This document shows positions 30,140 to 40,427 of a DNA stretch of 64,000 nucleotides, piece by piece. Both the position numbers and the translations under genes were made by a program. The notes beneath the pieces are model-generated. The model worked only from the letters and a program-made list of their open reading frames with translations, was not told where the DNA came from and did no database searches. Position 1 is the first letter of the stretch, and each line of letters begins with the position of its first letter. The stretch spans positions 1,248,001 to 1,312,000 of the forward strand of contig OZ242296.1 in NCBI GenBank assembly GCA_965207735.1, in the 5' to 3' direction. The stretch comes from Candidatus Versatilivorator sp. (GTDB taxonomy: Bacteria; Acidobacteriota; Terriglobia; Versatilivoradales; Versatilivoraceae).

Positions 30140-30435
30140 TGGCGGTCACCACGCTTCTTCTTGAACATGGCCAGCATCCGCTGAGTCACCAGGTAACCCC
30201 CGACCACGTTGATGGTGGCCAGCGCAACCGCGGCCGTTCCCAGACCGATGCTGAGAGGAGTGCTGTCGGCGGCCCCGGCGGCCAACAGGGCACCGACCAG
30301 CGTAATTCCGGAAATGGCGTTGGAGCCCGACATCAGGGGGGTGTGCAGCGTCGACGGCACCTTGGAAATCAACTCGAGACCCAGGAAGACGGCAAGCATC
30401 AGGATGAACATCAAAAAGATCAGGTCTCCGGACAT
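30136..30435 (-). CDS. pntAB: NAD(P) transhydrogenase alpha subunit part 2
   Basis: LHTPLMSGSNAISG and RMLAMFK. Confidence 0.95.
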   Translation of the reverse strand: MSGDLIFLMFILMLAVFLGLELISKVPSTLHTPLMSGSNAISGITLVGALLAAGAADSTPLSIGLGTAAVALATINVVGGYLVTQRMLAMFKKKRGDRQ

Positions 30436-30444
30436 GAGATCTCC

Positions 30445-31581
30445 TCAGCGATTGGCAGACGGGTTGATTCCCTCATACAAGATGCGGCCCTGGTGGGTAA
30501 CCAGGCAAGGGCCAAGCACCTCGTGGTTCAAATCCAGACGCAGACGGGGCTTCCCTTCGTCCAGGCATTCCCCGATGAGGTGGAAGAGGTTGCTGGAATA
30601 CACCTGACTGGCGTGGGCGGCGACCCTGCCCGGCAGGTTGGCCAAGCCGATGATTTTCACTCCCCCCGTCTCAACGATTCGATCCGTTTCCGAACCCTCC
30701 ACGTTGCCCCCGCGCTCCACGGCCAGGTCCACCACCACGCTGCCCGGTCTCATGCGGTTCAGGGATTGCGCGGTGATCAACCGGGGCGCCTGGCGGCCAA
30801 ACACCTGGGCCGTGGTGATCACCACATCCGCCTGCGCGCAGACGGTGGCCAACGCCTCCTGTTGCCGGTCCAACTGGTCGCCGGAAAGCGCCCGCGCATA
30901 TCCTTGCCTGGTCTCGCCGGTGTCGCCCAGATCGATCTTCACAAAGCGGGCTCCCAGCGACTTGACCTGCTCTTCCACCGCCGGCCGCGTGTCGTAGGCC
31001 TCGACCCGAGCTCCCAGCCTCTTGGCCGTGGCTATGGCCTGGAGGCCTGCCACTCCCGCACCGAGCACGAACACCCGCGCCGGAAAGATGGTGCCGGCCG
31101 GGGTGGTCATCATGGGGAAAATCTTGTCCAGGGCCTCGGCCGCCAAGATCACCGCCACATACCCGGCCAGGCTGGCCTGCGAACTCAAGGCATCCATCTT
31201 TTGAGCCCGGGTGGATCGCGGAATCAGTTCCATGCTGATGGCGCCGATCCCCCGACTCCTCATCTGTTCGATCAACCCGGAAGCCTGGAACGGATCCAGG
31301 AAACCGATGGAAAGACAACCGTCGCGAAGCCGGGCCAGGTCTTCCGCGGGAAGGGATCGAACTCCCACAACCAGGTCGGCAGCCGCCAGCATGTGTTCCC
31401 GACGGGTTGAGACCTCGGCCCCGACGGACCGATAGGCCTCGTCCGGGCAGCCTGCGCCCGACCCCGCTGAAGCCTCCACGGAAACCTCTATTCCCTTGCG
31501 GACCAGCCGTTCGACGTCGTCGGGAATCAACGCGACCCGCCGCTCTCCCTGATGGCATTCCCGCGGTACGACGATTTTCAT
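30445..31581 (-). CDS. pntAA: NAD(P) transhydrogenase alpha subunit part 1
   Basis: GERRVAL, RAQKMDALSSQ and GAGVAGL. Confidence 0.95.
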   Translation of the reverse strand: MKIVVPRECHQGERRVALIPDDVERLVRKGIEVSVEASAGSGAGCPDEAYRSVGAEVSTRREHMLAAADLVVGVRSLPAEDLARLRDGCLSIGFLDPFQASGLIEQMRSRGIGAISMELIPRSTRAQKMDALSSQASLAGYVAVILAAEALDKIFPMMTTPAGTIFPARVFVLGAGVAGLQAIATAKRLGARVEAYDTRPAVEEQVKSLGARFVKIDLGDTGETRQGYARALSGDQLDRQQEALATVCAQADVVITTAQVFGRQAPRLITAQSLNRMRPGSVVVDLAVERGGNVEGSETDRIVETGGVKIIGLANLPGRVAAHASQVYSSNLFHLIGECLDEGKPRLRLDLNHEVLGPCLVTHQGRILYEGINPSANR

Positions 31582-32236
31582 GGACAGACTCCTCCGAGGG
31601 GAAGGGACCGGGCCGGCGGACAGCAACTCACCGCCATCGGGCCGGGAAAAATGGCCTCAAGGAGGCACCCGGTTGCCCGAACCGCGCTGAACCTCCAGGT
31701 TCGCATTTTCGACAGCCTGGGGCTAGAAAAAACGGCGCCGCTCCAGCCGACTCTGCTGTTGGAGGGTTGGGACCCGGATCCGGCGCCGAAAAACCGATCG
31801 TGCCTTTGGCCGCGACCCGGAGTCGGCCATCATACTCGAAGACAATCCGGTGACCGAAGAAAAACTCAAGCTGGGCAGTCATCCTTTCTTCAGAGCCTGG
31901 ATTTCCATCGACCACTGAATTTCCCGGTCCTTCCGCCACCTTCTTGCGAAGGGTCTTGCCGATCCCGGGCAGCTATAAGCAGGCGCCGGCAGAAAACCGG
32001 CTGGGCGCCAGACTCCTCGGGTTTTCAACCAGCTGTTCAGCCTGCGTAGATTCTGCAACGGCCCTGCAGCCACGCTGGGAGAACAGCCCCCGGAACCGAT
32101 GCAGAAGACTCTGGAAGATGTCGCCGATTTCTGCAACAATGCGGGCCACGCCGACAAGCCACTGAACCCCAGCAAGCAGCCGCTATTCGCTTGTTCGGCA
32201 GCATCCACAAGGCGCTTGCCAGCTCGAGGAGGAGAG

Positions 32237-33049
32237 TTGTCACTGAAATTCATCCACATCACCGACTCCCACGTCGGCGAAACGGCCGACACCCTGTTGC
32301 ACTTCTATGCCTCCGGACGCGCCCTCAGCGCTGCCCTGGCCCACATCGCCGGCCACGATCGCCATGGAGCCGCCTTCATCGCCCACACGGGCGATATGAT
32401 TTGCACCTCCTCCCGCCCCGAATCCTATGAGGGCGCCCGCGCCATCTACGGACTGGAGGGCGACGCTCCAGCGCCGGGTCCGCTGGTTGCTCGCGCTCAT
32501 GGCCTGGATCTGCCCTGGTATTACATTCCAGGCAACGCCGACGACCGCGACGCCTGCAGAGCGCGCATCTTTCCCCAGGGCCCTCGTCACGGCCTCTTCA
32601 ACTACAGCTGGGAAGTCGGGGGTATCCGCTTCCTCAGTCTCGACTGGGGTGCATGGAAGACCGACGTCTATACTCTGGAACCGAGCGCCTTCGCCTGGCT
32701 GGAAACGCAACTGCAGCAATCGGTTCCCACCATCATCCTCACCCACCACCCACCGGTCCATGTCGGGGTGGAGATGTTCGACAAGATGACGCCGGAAGAT
32801 CTACCGCGCTTGCAGAACCTGATTCGCGACTCTTCGGTGGCGGCGATATTCCACGGACACACCCACTACCCCTGGGAAACGCGCATCGGACGGGTGCCCG
32901 TCTTCGGCACCGGGTCCATTACCTACCGGCTGAGCTATGATGAGGGTCCCCCGCACCTGAAGCTCTTTCCGCCGCAATACCGAGTGGTGACGGTGAAGGA
33001 TGACGGATCGGTGAGCACCGAATTGTGGGAAGCGGAGCTGCCCGCTTAA
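32237..33049 (+). CDS. Calcineurin-like metallophosphoesterase (Icc/CpdA-like)
   Basis: ITDSH, HTGD, PGNADD, THHPP and HGHTH. TTG start after GAGGAGG. Confidence 0.85.
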   Translation: MSLKFIHITDSHVGETADTLLHFYASGRALSAALAHIAGHDRHGAAFIAHTGDMICTSSRPESYEGARAIYGLEGDAPAPGPLVARAHGLDLPWYYIPGNADDRDACRARIFPQGPRHGLFNYSWEVGGIRFLSLDWGAWKTDVYTLEPSAFAWLETQLQQSVPTIILTHHPPVHVGVEMFDKMTPEDLPRLQNLIRDSSVAAIFHGHTHYPWETRIGRVPVFGTGSITYRLSYDEGPPHLKLFPPQYRVVTVKDDGSVSTELWEAELPA

Positions 33050-35553
33050 CAACAGGACGAGCTGCCGGGAGAACAGCAGTCGTCCTGGACCAGTAGCAGT
33101 TCCCGACCCTGCCCCAGAATGAGGAACGACCCCCGGTAGGGGGGGCGGCTGAGCTTGGCAGCCGTATCGATGGAGACCTCAATCGGTTCGTTGCGCGGGA
33201 AGAGGTTCCCTTCCTCGTCCATGACGGCCTTTTGAGGTCCGAGATAGACGGCCCGCTGCCCCGCGAAGCGACGATTGGCGGTCTTTTCGAACTTGAATCC
33301 TCGCAGGGTGACGGAGTAGAAGGTGCACCCCTCGACTGTCTTCCAGTAGTCCCTCTTCAGGATTTGAAGCCCGTGGAATCCTGCCTGTTCCAGGTAGGTC
33401 ATGAATTCCTCTTCGGTTAGTGCTCCCGACAGGCACTCTCCCCACAATCTCGGATTGACCCGCAGGTGGTCGGGCACGGATTCCCGGCTGACAATGTCGC
33501 TCACCACGGCGCGGCCATGATCCTTCAGCACCCGCCATATTTCTCCAAAGACCGCCTTCTTGTCGGGTGAGAGGTTGATGACGCAATTGGAGGTGATCAG
33601 GTCAACGGTCTTGCTCTCCACCGGAATCTGTTCCAGGAAGCCGCGCCGAAACTCAACCACGTCGTAGCCGAGCTTTTCGGCGACAGCGGTCCGATTTCGA
33701 TTGGCCACGGCCAGCATCTCTTCGGTCATGTCCACGCCGATGACCTTTCCCTGGGGACCTACTTTCCGGGCGGCGATGAAGCAATCGATGCCGCCTCCCG
33801 ATCCCAGGTCCAGGGTTGTTTCTCCGCCAACCAGTTGAGCCAGGGCAAGCGGAGAACCACACCCGTAAAAGCGGTCCATCACTTCCTTGGGGATATGGCT
33901 GACCTCGGCCGGATCGAGCTCCATGGTACAGCAGAGCTCCGCCTGGGGCTTCTCCGCGGCCTTGGTATAGAACTCCCGCACCACTTGGCGGGACCGTTCG
34001 ATATCGAAGGCCAGCACGCAGTTGGAGTGAAGGGTGGCTACGGCGGTCCGGTCGCCCACATCGATTTGGTCCCTGTCGGCGCCGCAGGCCACGGCGCCTT
34101 CACCCATTGAATGGAAGACCGCCGGGGCGTCAAAACCGGAACGGCCGTTCAGGCTGCGCTTTTTCTCCTGAGCCAACTCGACCATGATGTCCTGGGCCAG
34201 GACGCGGTAGACCTCATAGTAAGGGTCGGGGGCATGCAGATCCCCCGCCCCGGCCCCGTCGGCGCTGAAGAAATAACTGTGCTCGATATCTCCACCTCCC
34301 AGGATGAATCGGAAGGGGTCGTCCCGGAGCCAGGACTTGTTCGCAACCGAGGCCTGACGAAAACGTCGGGCCACCGGAGAGTCCTGCCAGATCTGACGCA
34401 AATTCCCGTTGTCTACCATGCCGGCGGCCAGGGGTTTGTGGTTGGCGCAAGCCGCCGAAGGATAGACGGTGCCGTCGGAATAGACACACAGGGAATCCCA
34501 GAACTGGTTCCCCAGGTCATGCTTGACGCCCGGCCGCCCGTTGACCCGAAGCTTCAAGGACTCCAGATTGTCCAGCCCGACCCCCAGCCTTGCGGCTTCT
34601 TGAGCGGTGGCCCGGGCAGCTCCTATCAGATCCTCGCAGGAGGGGAATGCTTCTTGCTCGGTCTCCAGGACCCGCCCCCGCCGGTGCATCCACATCAGGT
34701 GTTGGGACTGCGCTCCCCAGTCCTTGACCATGCGCGTGATCAGGGGCAGCTCCTCCAGGTTTTCACGGGTGACCACGGTGGTCACGGAAACCGGGAACCC
34801 CATCCCGGCCACCGCCCGGGTCCCTTCGCCAATCCTGTCGAAGGTGCCGCGTCCACGGTAGCGATCGTTGGTTTCGGCCGCGGCGCCGTCCAGCGAGATC
34901 TGAAGCCGCAGGCGGTCCCGACCGAATCGACCGAGCCGCTCCAGCCGCTTTCCCTGGAACAGCATCCCGTTGGTCAGAATAATGAGCTCGGCCTGCTTCC
35001 TTTCGGTGACGGCCTCAATCAGCTCAAAGATATCGGGACGCGCGAAGGGCTCTCCTCCCGTGAAGTAGAAGCGCTCCACTCCGCACTCGCAGGCCTGGTC
35101 GATGATGTGGAGCAGTTGAGAGGTGGGGAGTCCCGGATCCGCCGCCGGCGATGAGCTGACCAGACAGTGGGTACAGGAGAGATTGCAGGAGTTGTTGGTG
35201 TGGATCCAGACCTCGGAGAGCTTGTCCGCACGCAGATGGGCCGAGCGACCGGCATAGGGAGGGCGCTCCAAGGGTGTGAAAGACACCATGCCCGTTCGGA
35301 GACAGTCGCGGACAAAGGAATGCACGTGCAACCAGGACCTGGCGGCATCCAGCTGAAGCCATTCCGCGTAACGCCGGCTCAGTGCTCCAATCGCCAGGGG
35401 CTCTCGCATCCATTCCAGCAGCCTGGCTCCCTTCCGGCCGGTAGCCAACCAGTTGGGCGCCTCGCCATCGATATAGAACTGCATGCCCTCCCGCTCCAGG
35501 TGGGACAAGTCGGGCAAATAGAGACGCTGGTCTTCCTTGAGCTCCACCATCAC
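33046..35553 (-). CDS. Radical SAM - arsenite methyltransferase (ArsM-like) fusion protein
   Basis: CNLSCTHC and FTGGEPF. The C-terminal half carries [33 protein letters not shown] and WGECLSGA, with a Cys-rich tail. Confidence 0.88.
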   Translation of the reverse strand: MMVELKEDQRLYLPDLSHLEREGMQFYIDGEAPNWLATGRKGARLLEWMREPLAIGALSRRYAEWLQLDAARSWLHVHSFVRDCLRTGMVSFTPLERPPYAGRSAHLRADKLSEVWIHTNNSCNLSCTHCLVSSSPAADPGLPTSQLLHIIDQACECGVERFYFTGGEPFARPDIFELIEAVTERKQAELIILTNGMLFQGKRLERLGRFGRDRLRLQISLDGAAAETNDRYRGRGTFDRIGEGTRAVAGMGFPVSVTTVVTRENLEELPLITRMVKDWGAQSQHLMWMHRRGRVLETEQEAFPSCEDLIGAARATAQEAARLGVGLDNLESLKLRVNGRPGVKHDLGNQFWDSLCVYSDGTVYPSAACANHKPLAAGMVDNGNLRQIWQDSPVARRFRQASVANKSWLRDDPFRFILGGGDIEHSYFFSADGAGAGDLHAPDPYYEVYRVLAQDIMVELAQEKKRSLNGRSGFDAPAVFHSMGEGAVACGADRDQIDVGDRTAVATLHSNCVLAFDIERSRQVVREFYTKAAEKPQAELCCTMELDPAEVSHIPKEVMDRFYGCGSPLALAQLVGGETTLDLGSGGGIDCFIAARKVGPQGKVIGVDMTEEMLAVANRNRTAVAEKLGYDVVEFRRGFLEQIPVESKTVDLITSNCVINLSPDKKAVFGEIWRVLKDHGRAVVSDIVSRESVPDHLRVNPRLWGECLSGALTEEEFMTYLEQAGFHGLQILKRDYWKTVEGCTFYSVTLRGFKFEKTANRRFAGQRAVYLGPQKAVMDEEGNLFPRNEPIEVSIDTAAKLSRPPYRGSFLILGQGRELLLVQDDCCSPGSSSCC

Positions 35554-35572
35554 GGTCTCCTCGGGCTCTCCA

Positions 35573-36403
35573 CTAGTTCCAAAGCCGCATCACCCAATCC
35601 ACCACTCTGGGCTTGCCGAACACCACATCGTAGCAGCCGCCCTTGCGGCTCTTCTCATCCCGACGCAACCAGTGGAAGCTGCAACCGGCCTCGCGGGCCA
35701 ACACCGGGGTGGCCGCCACGTCCCAGAGGCGCAGATCGGGATCGATCATGGCCCCCACCGAGCCTTCCAGGGCCAGACAGTGACCGAAGCAGTCGCAGTA
35801 GGTCCGAATGCTGGGATGGGACCGATAGAGGTGTTCCAGCACATCCGCCTTGCCTGCCTTGTGGAACTGGGCTCTCTCTCCAATCGACAGAATCTCCTGT
35901 TCTAGAGTATCGTCCCGCGCGAGGTCGGCAACCTGAAGTCTGCGGCCGTTGCACCAGGTTCCCAAACCCAGGGCCCCGCTGTAACAGCGTTTCAGACCCG
36001 GCAAGTCGATCACACCCAGGACCGGTTGGCCGCGAACGTGAAGAGCCAGGATCGTTCCAAACAGTGGGACTCGATGGCGCAGGCTGCGGGTTCCGTCAAT
36101 GGGGTCGATAATCCACTGGTAATCCGCATCCGGGTTGCAGGCGTCAAATTCCTCACCCAGAATGCCATGGGAGGGGAACCAACCGTTCAAGGCCGAACGG
36201 ACATGCTCTTCCACGGCCAGGTCCACATCGGTCACAAAAGTGCTGTCCGCCTTCAAACGGTGGCTGATCCCTCGAGCCAGGGCCTGGTCGATCAGACACC
36301 TGGTTTGGGCCGAAAGCTGCCGCGCCTTTTCCAACAGTCCGGCCAGCTCCTCCCTCGCGGGCAGCGCATCACTTCCCGACGTTCCTTTGCTCGCCTGGCT
36401 CAT
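35573..36403 (-). CDS. Inositol monophosphatase / HisN-type phosphatase family
   Basis: ILGEE, WIIDPIDGT and LWDVAA. Confidence 0.88.
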   Translation of the reverse strand: MSQASKGTSGSDALPAREELAGLLEKARQLSAQTRCLIDQALARGISHRLKADSTFVTDVDLAVEEHVRSALNGWFPSHGILGEEFDACNPDADYQWIIDPIDGTRSLRHRVPLFGTILALHVRGQPVLGVIDLPGLKRCYSGALGLGTWCNGRRLQVADLARDDTLEQEILSIGERAQFHKAGKADVLEHLYRSHPSIRTYCDCFGHCLALEGSVGAMIDPDLRLWDVAATPVLAREAGCSFHWLRRDEKSRKGGCYDVVFGKPRVVDWVMRLWN

Positions 36404-36406
36404 GGC

Positions 36407-36670
36407 TCACCCGCCGGCAACGGCCGGAACGAACAGCACCTCGCTCTGGGGAGGGACTTCGAACTCCAAAGCCTCCCGCCGAACCATCCCGTCCACAAAG
36501 ATTGCCAGGCCCGACCGGAGATGACCGTTCTCCACCAGGCGGTCCCGAATCCCCGGGTAGAGCAGCTCCAACTGGTCGATCAAATCTCCCACCGTCCGCC
36601 CCTCGACTTCCAGTTTCCTGACGTCGCCCGTCAAGGAGTGCAGCAAAGCCGGGATGTGGACAATAGCCAT
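36407..36670 (-). CDS. MoaD/ThiS family ubiquitin-like sulfur carrier
   Basis: About 87 aa, beta-grasp pattern, C-terminal PAVAGG. Confidence 0.88.
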   Translation of the reverse strand: MAIVHIPALLHSLTGDVRKLEVEGRTVGDLIDQLELLYPGIRDRLVENGHLRSGLAIFVDGMVRREALEFEVPPQSEVLFVPAVAGG

Positions 36671-36775
36671 GATGTCGCCTTTCTTTTCTCGCCGACAGGT
36701 TCCGATCACAAAAAAGGGCTCGAAGCCGCTTCCCCGGCCTCGAGCCCGATTGCTCCGTCTGAAGATCAGGTTCCC

Positions 36776-39070
36776 TCAACTCTTGGCCGAGAGCGCCTTC
36801 ACCACCCGTTGGGGAGACATGGGAAGATCGCCGAGGCGCGTCCCGACAGCCCGAGCGATGGCATTGGAGACGGCGGCCTGGGGCGGGACGATGGGCACCT
36901 CGCCTACCCCCCGCACGCCGTAGGGATGCCCCGGGTTGGGCACTTCCACGATGACGGTCTCGATCATGGGCAGATCCAGGCTGGTGGGCATGCGGTAATC
37001 CAGGAAGCTGGAATTCATCAGATGCCCGTCTTCATTGTAGTAGTACTCCTCGTTGAGAGCCCAGCCGATGCCCTGCACCACTCCGCCCTGCATTTGGCCT
37101 TCCACGTAACTGGGGTGGATGGCTCTGCCGGCGTCCTGAACGGCCGTGTACCGCAGAATGGTGACCTTTCCGGTATCGGGATCGACCTCCACATCCACGA
37201 TGTGGGTGGCGTAGGCCCCTCCGTGGTTCTGGGGAGTGACCGTCTCCCGGGATCCGATGTCGATGCCCTTCTGGCTGAGGTCGGCCGCCAACTCCTTGAT
37301 GGAAATGGACTTGGAGTCGCCGTTGGTGGTTGCAATCACTCCGTCGGCCAACGACACCTGGTCCTTGTCGACCTTCCAGATTGCGGCCGCCTGCTCGATG
37401 AGTTGGCTCCGAATGGACTGACCCGCGTTATAGGCCGCCCAACCCGTGGCGAAGGTGACCCGGCTTCCTCCCGTGACCTCCGTATATCCCACCGAATCGG
37501 TATCGGCCACCGAGGGAACGACGTCCTCGACCGGAATCCCCAGAACCTCGGCCAACTGCATGGCGATGGAGGTCCGAGTGCCTCCGATATCGGTGGAACC
37601 CTCCTGCAGGGTGACGGTGCCGTCGCCGTTGAGCCGCGCGGTGACGCTCGAGGTCAGGCCCGCATTGACCCAATATCCTGAAGCCACCCCGCGCCCCCGG
37701 TTGGGTCCCTCCAGCGGAGTCTGGTAGTGCTCGCAGTCCCTGGCCGCTTCGGTGGTCTCCAGGCAGCCGATCCGAGGATGGGGAATCCCGTGGCACTGAA
37801 TATCGCCTTCCTTGGCTCCATTCTTAAGCCGGAACTCCATGGGATCCATATCCAGGATCTCGCAGAACTCGTCGATCATGCACTCGGCGGCAAATTCCGA
37901 ATTGGGGGCTCCCGGAGCCCGGTAGGCCGCCGTCTTGGGCTTATTCACCACCACGTCATACATGTCGATGGAGAGGTTCTCAACGTTATAGGGGGCAAAC
38001 ATGCAAATACCGCCCAGGCTTACGACGGAACCCGGGTAGCCACCGGCCTCGTAGGCCAGCATGGTCTCGGCCGCCGTGATGCGCCCCTCGTTGGTGACAC
38101 CCATCTTCAGCTTGACGTAGGAGCCGGAAGTCGGTCCGGTCGCCTGAAAGACTTCGGTCCGGTCCATCACCACCTTGACCGGCCGCCTGGCTTTCCGCGA
38201 GAGCACCGCGGCCACCGGCTCCCCGTACACCGGGATCTTCCCCCCGAAACCGCCTCCGATTTCGGTGGGGATGACCTTCAATTTCGAAACGGGAATTTCC
38301 AGAATCTGATGAACGCTGGTGCGGACGGTAAAGGCGCCCTGAGTGGTCACCCACATCGTCAGATAGCCATCCGGATTCCACATGGCGGTGGCGGCGTGGG
38401 GCTCGATATATCCCTGGTGGACGGTGGCGCAACGATACTCCCGTTCCAAAATATGATCAGCGGCGGCGAACCCCTGGTTGATATCCCCCAAGACGTGCCG
38501 AGAGTGAGAAGCCACGTTGCTGGGTTTGGAACTCTTCTCTCCCAGTTCGTCGGTGTAGAGATCGTCGTGCAACAAGGTCGAATCTTCCTCCATCGCCTTG
38601 AGCACGTCCATGACCGGCGGCAGCACCTCGTACTCGACTTCAATCAACTTGAGAGCTTCCTCGGCAATGTGCGGGCTGGTCGCCGCCACCGCCGCCACGG
38701 CGTGGCCGTGATAGACCACCTTGTCCGAAGCCATCACGTTGTCGCACATGGGCTTCAAGGGGACCTCGCCCAATTCTCCCAGATTGGCGGTGCGGCTCCC
38801 CGCGTCCGGGAAATCGGCTGCCGTCATCACCGCCTTGACACCGTAAAGGGCTTCGGCCTTTTCGGTGTTGACGGACTTGATTCGGGCATGGGCGTGAGGG
38901 CTGCGAAGGACCTTCCCATGGAGCATGCCCGGCAACTGGACGTCGGCGCCATAGACAGCCCTGCCCGTGACCTTGTCCACACCGTCATGGCGAATGGGCC
39001 GGGTCCCGATGACCTTGTACTTCTGTTCGACTTCCGTCTTGGCTGGGTCCATGGTCTGGGTGGGGTTCAT
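36776..39070 (-). CDS. Xanthine dehydrogenase family molybdopterin-binding subunit
   Basis: RSPHAHARI, HQGYIEPH, IGGGFGGK, AYRAPG, EGQMQGG and RGVGEVP. Confidence 0.93.
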   Translation of the reverse strand: MNPTQTMDPAKTEVEQKYKVIGTRPIRHDGVDKVTGRAVYGADVQLPGMLHGKVLRSPHAHARIKSVNTEKAEALYGVKAVMTAADFPDAGSRTANLGELGEVPLKPMCDNVMASDKVVYHGHAVAAVAATSPHIAEEALKLIEVEYEVLPPVMDVLKAMEEDSTLLHDDLYTDELGEKSSKPSNVASHSRHVLGDINQGFAAADHILEREYRCATVHQGYIEPHAATAMWNPDGYLTMWVTTQGAFTVRTSVHQILEIPVSKLKVIPTEIGGGFGGKIPVYGEPVAAVLSRKARRPVKVVMDRTEVFQATGPTSGSYVKLKMGVTNEGRITAAETMLAYEAGGYPGSVVSLGGICMFAPYNVENLSIDMYDVVVNKPKTAAYRAPGAPNSEFAAECMIDEFCEILDMDPMEFRLKNGAKEGDIQCHGIPHPRIGCLETTEAARDCEHYQTPLEGPNRGRGVASGYWVNAGLTSSVTARLNGDGTVTLQEGSTDIGGTRTSIAMQLAEVLGIPVEDVVPSVADTDSVGYTEVTGGSRVTFATGWAAYNAGQSIRSQLIEQAAAIWKVDKDQVSLADGVIATTNGDSKSISIKELAADLSQKGIDIGSRETVTPQNHGGAYATHIVDVEVDPDTGKVTILRYTAVQDAGRAIHPSYVEGQMQGGVVQGIGWALNEEYYYNEDGHLMNSSFLDYRMPTSLDLPMIETVIVEVPNPGHPYGVRGVGEVPIVPPQAAVSNAIARAVGTRLGDLPMSPQRVVKALSAKS

Positions 39071-39555
39071 TTCTTCACCTCCAGTTGGGGTTCGGCATCA
39101 ATGATGGCACGCACAATCTTGTCATAGCCGGTGCAGCGACAGAGGTTTCCGGCACACCAGTGCCGGATGTCGCCCTCGCTCGCCTGAGGTTTTTTTTCCA
39201 GCAGGGCCTTGCCGGCCATGATGAAACCCGGCGTGCAAACGCCGCATTGCAGCGCGGCGTTTTCCAGAAACGTCTGCTGCAGCGGATGCAGGCCCTCCGA
39301 CCCCATCAGGCCCTCGATGGTCTCCACCGTGCATCCGTCGATCTCCGCGCCCAGAACGATGCAGGCATCCACCAGCAACCCGTCCAGGATGACGCTGCAG
39401 GCTCCGCAGTTGCCGTTGTTGCATCCCTCCTTGCTGCCAGTCAACTTCAACTCGTCGCGCAAGACCTCCAACAGGCTCTGCCTGGGCTCGCACAGGAATT
39501 CGACTGGTTCTCCGTTAATGGTCGCTGTCACATGAACTTTCGCCGCCATTCTCAT
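39067..39555 (-). CDS. Xanthine dehydrogenase family [2Fe-2S] subunit
   Basis: GCNNGNCGAC, QCGVCTPG and NLCRCTGY. Confidence 0.95.
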   Translation of the reverse strand: MRMAAKVHVTATINGEPVEFLCEPRQSLLEVLRDELKLTGSKEGCNNGNCGACSVILDGLLVDACIVLGAEIDGCTVETIEGLMGSEGLHPLQQTFLENAALQCGVCTPGFIMAGKALLEKKPQASEGDIRHWCAGNLCRCTGYDKIVRAIIDAEPQLEVKK

Positions 39556-40427
39556 TCCTCCTTGGCCCGTTCTAACGATTTCTCGAGTGCGCGCCGCGTC
39601 AACACTCCCGCCAGGTGCACCCGATACTCCTCGGTGCCCCTCATGTCTGTAATGGGTCGGGCCGCCGCCCGCGCGGCAGCCGCGGCTTTCTCGATGGCGC
39701 CGCCATCCAGTTCCGTGCCCTCCAGTTCAGCAGCCGCCTCCGCAACCAGCAGCGGCGTGGGAGCCACCGCTCCCAGGGAAACTCGCGCTTTCTTGACAGT
39801 GCGAAGATCGGATTCCATCTCCAGCGAAGCCCCACAGCCGACCACTGCGATGTCCATTTCGTTTCGCGGAATGAAGCGCAGGTAGTGGGCGCCGAAGTTC
39901 TTGGGGGGAGGAGGAACATGAAAGGAAACCAGCAATTCCTTGGGCCCCAGCACGTTCCTTCCCGGACCGGTGCAGAATTCTTCCACCGGCACGGTGTGGG
40001 TGCCTCCTGCCCCGGCGATCAGGCAGACAGCCGAATGGGCGATCAGGGCGGGAATGGAGTCGGCCGCCGGCGAGGAGTTGCACAGATTGCCGCCGAAGGA
40101 AGCCCGGTTCTGGATCTGGGTGCCTCCAATCAGCAGGGCGGCGTCGTTCAGGCCGGGATAAAGCTGTGAAATTCGGGCGTCTTCGTAAAAGCGGACACAG
40201 GGAACCGAAGCACCCAGGGTCAGTCCCGATTGGGAATCGAAAGACAGTTCCATGAGTTCGGCGATCTTCTTGCCGTCCACAATGAGGTCCAGATCGCGCC
40301 TGTTCTCCCTGACCTGGACGATCAGGTCGGTCCCGCCGCTCAAAATGCGGGCCCGTTCACCCTTCTGCTCCAACAAGCTCACCGCTTCCGATAAACTCTT
40401 GGGCGCTACATAGTCAAAAGCTTGCAA
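39552..40427 (-). CDS. Xanthine dehydrogenase family FAD-binding subunit
   Basis: SGGTDL and QIQNRASFGGNLCNSSPAAD. Confidence 0.93.
   Translation of the reverse strand: MQAFDYVAPKSLSEAVSLLEQKGERARILSGGTDLIVQVRENRRDLDLIVDGKKIAELMELSFDSQSGLTLGASVPCVRFYEDARISQLYPGLNDAALLIGGTQIQNRASFGGNLCNSSPAADSIPALIAHSAVCLIAGAGGTHTVPVEEFCTGPGRNVLGPKELLVSFHVPPPPKNFGAHYLRFIPRNEMDIAVVGCGASLEMESDLRTVKKARVSLGAVAPTPLLVAEAAAELEGTELDGGAIEKAAAAARAAARPITDMRGTEEYRVHLAGVLTRRALEKSLERAKEE

Noticed and set aside
31628-32236. Small ORFs between pntAA and the phosphoesterase
   Set aside because: No motifs, overlapping low-complexity frames; cannot be supported from sequence.
26717-35553. Selenocysteine recoding in msrB or the rSAM-ArsM fusion
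   Set aside because: Both ORFs are continuous, with Cys codons at the catalytic sites and TAG/TAA stops.
36776-39070. Aerobic CO dehydrogenase CoxL
   Set aside because: Lacks the AYxCSFR Cu-binding motif; has AYRAPG.
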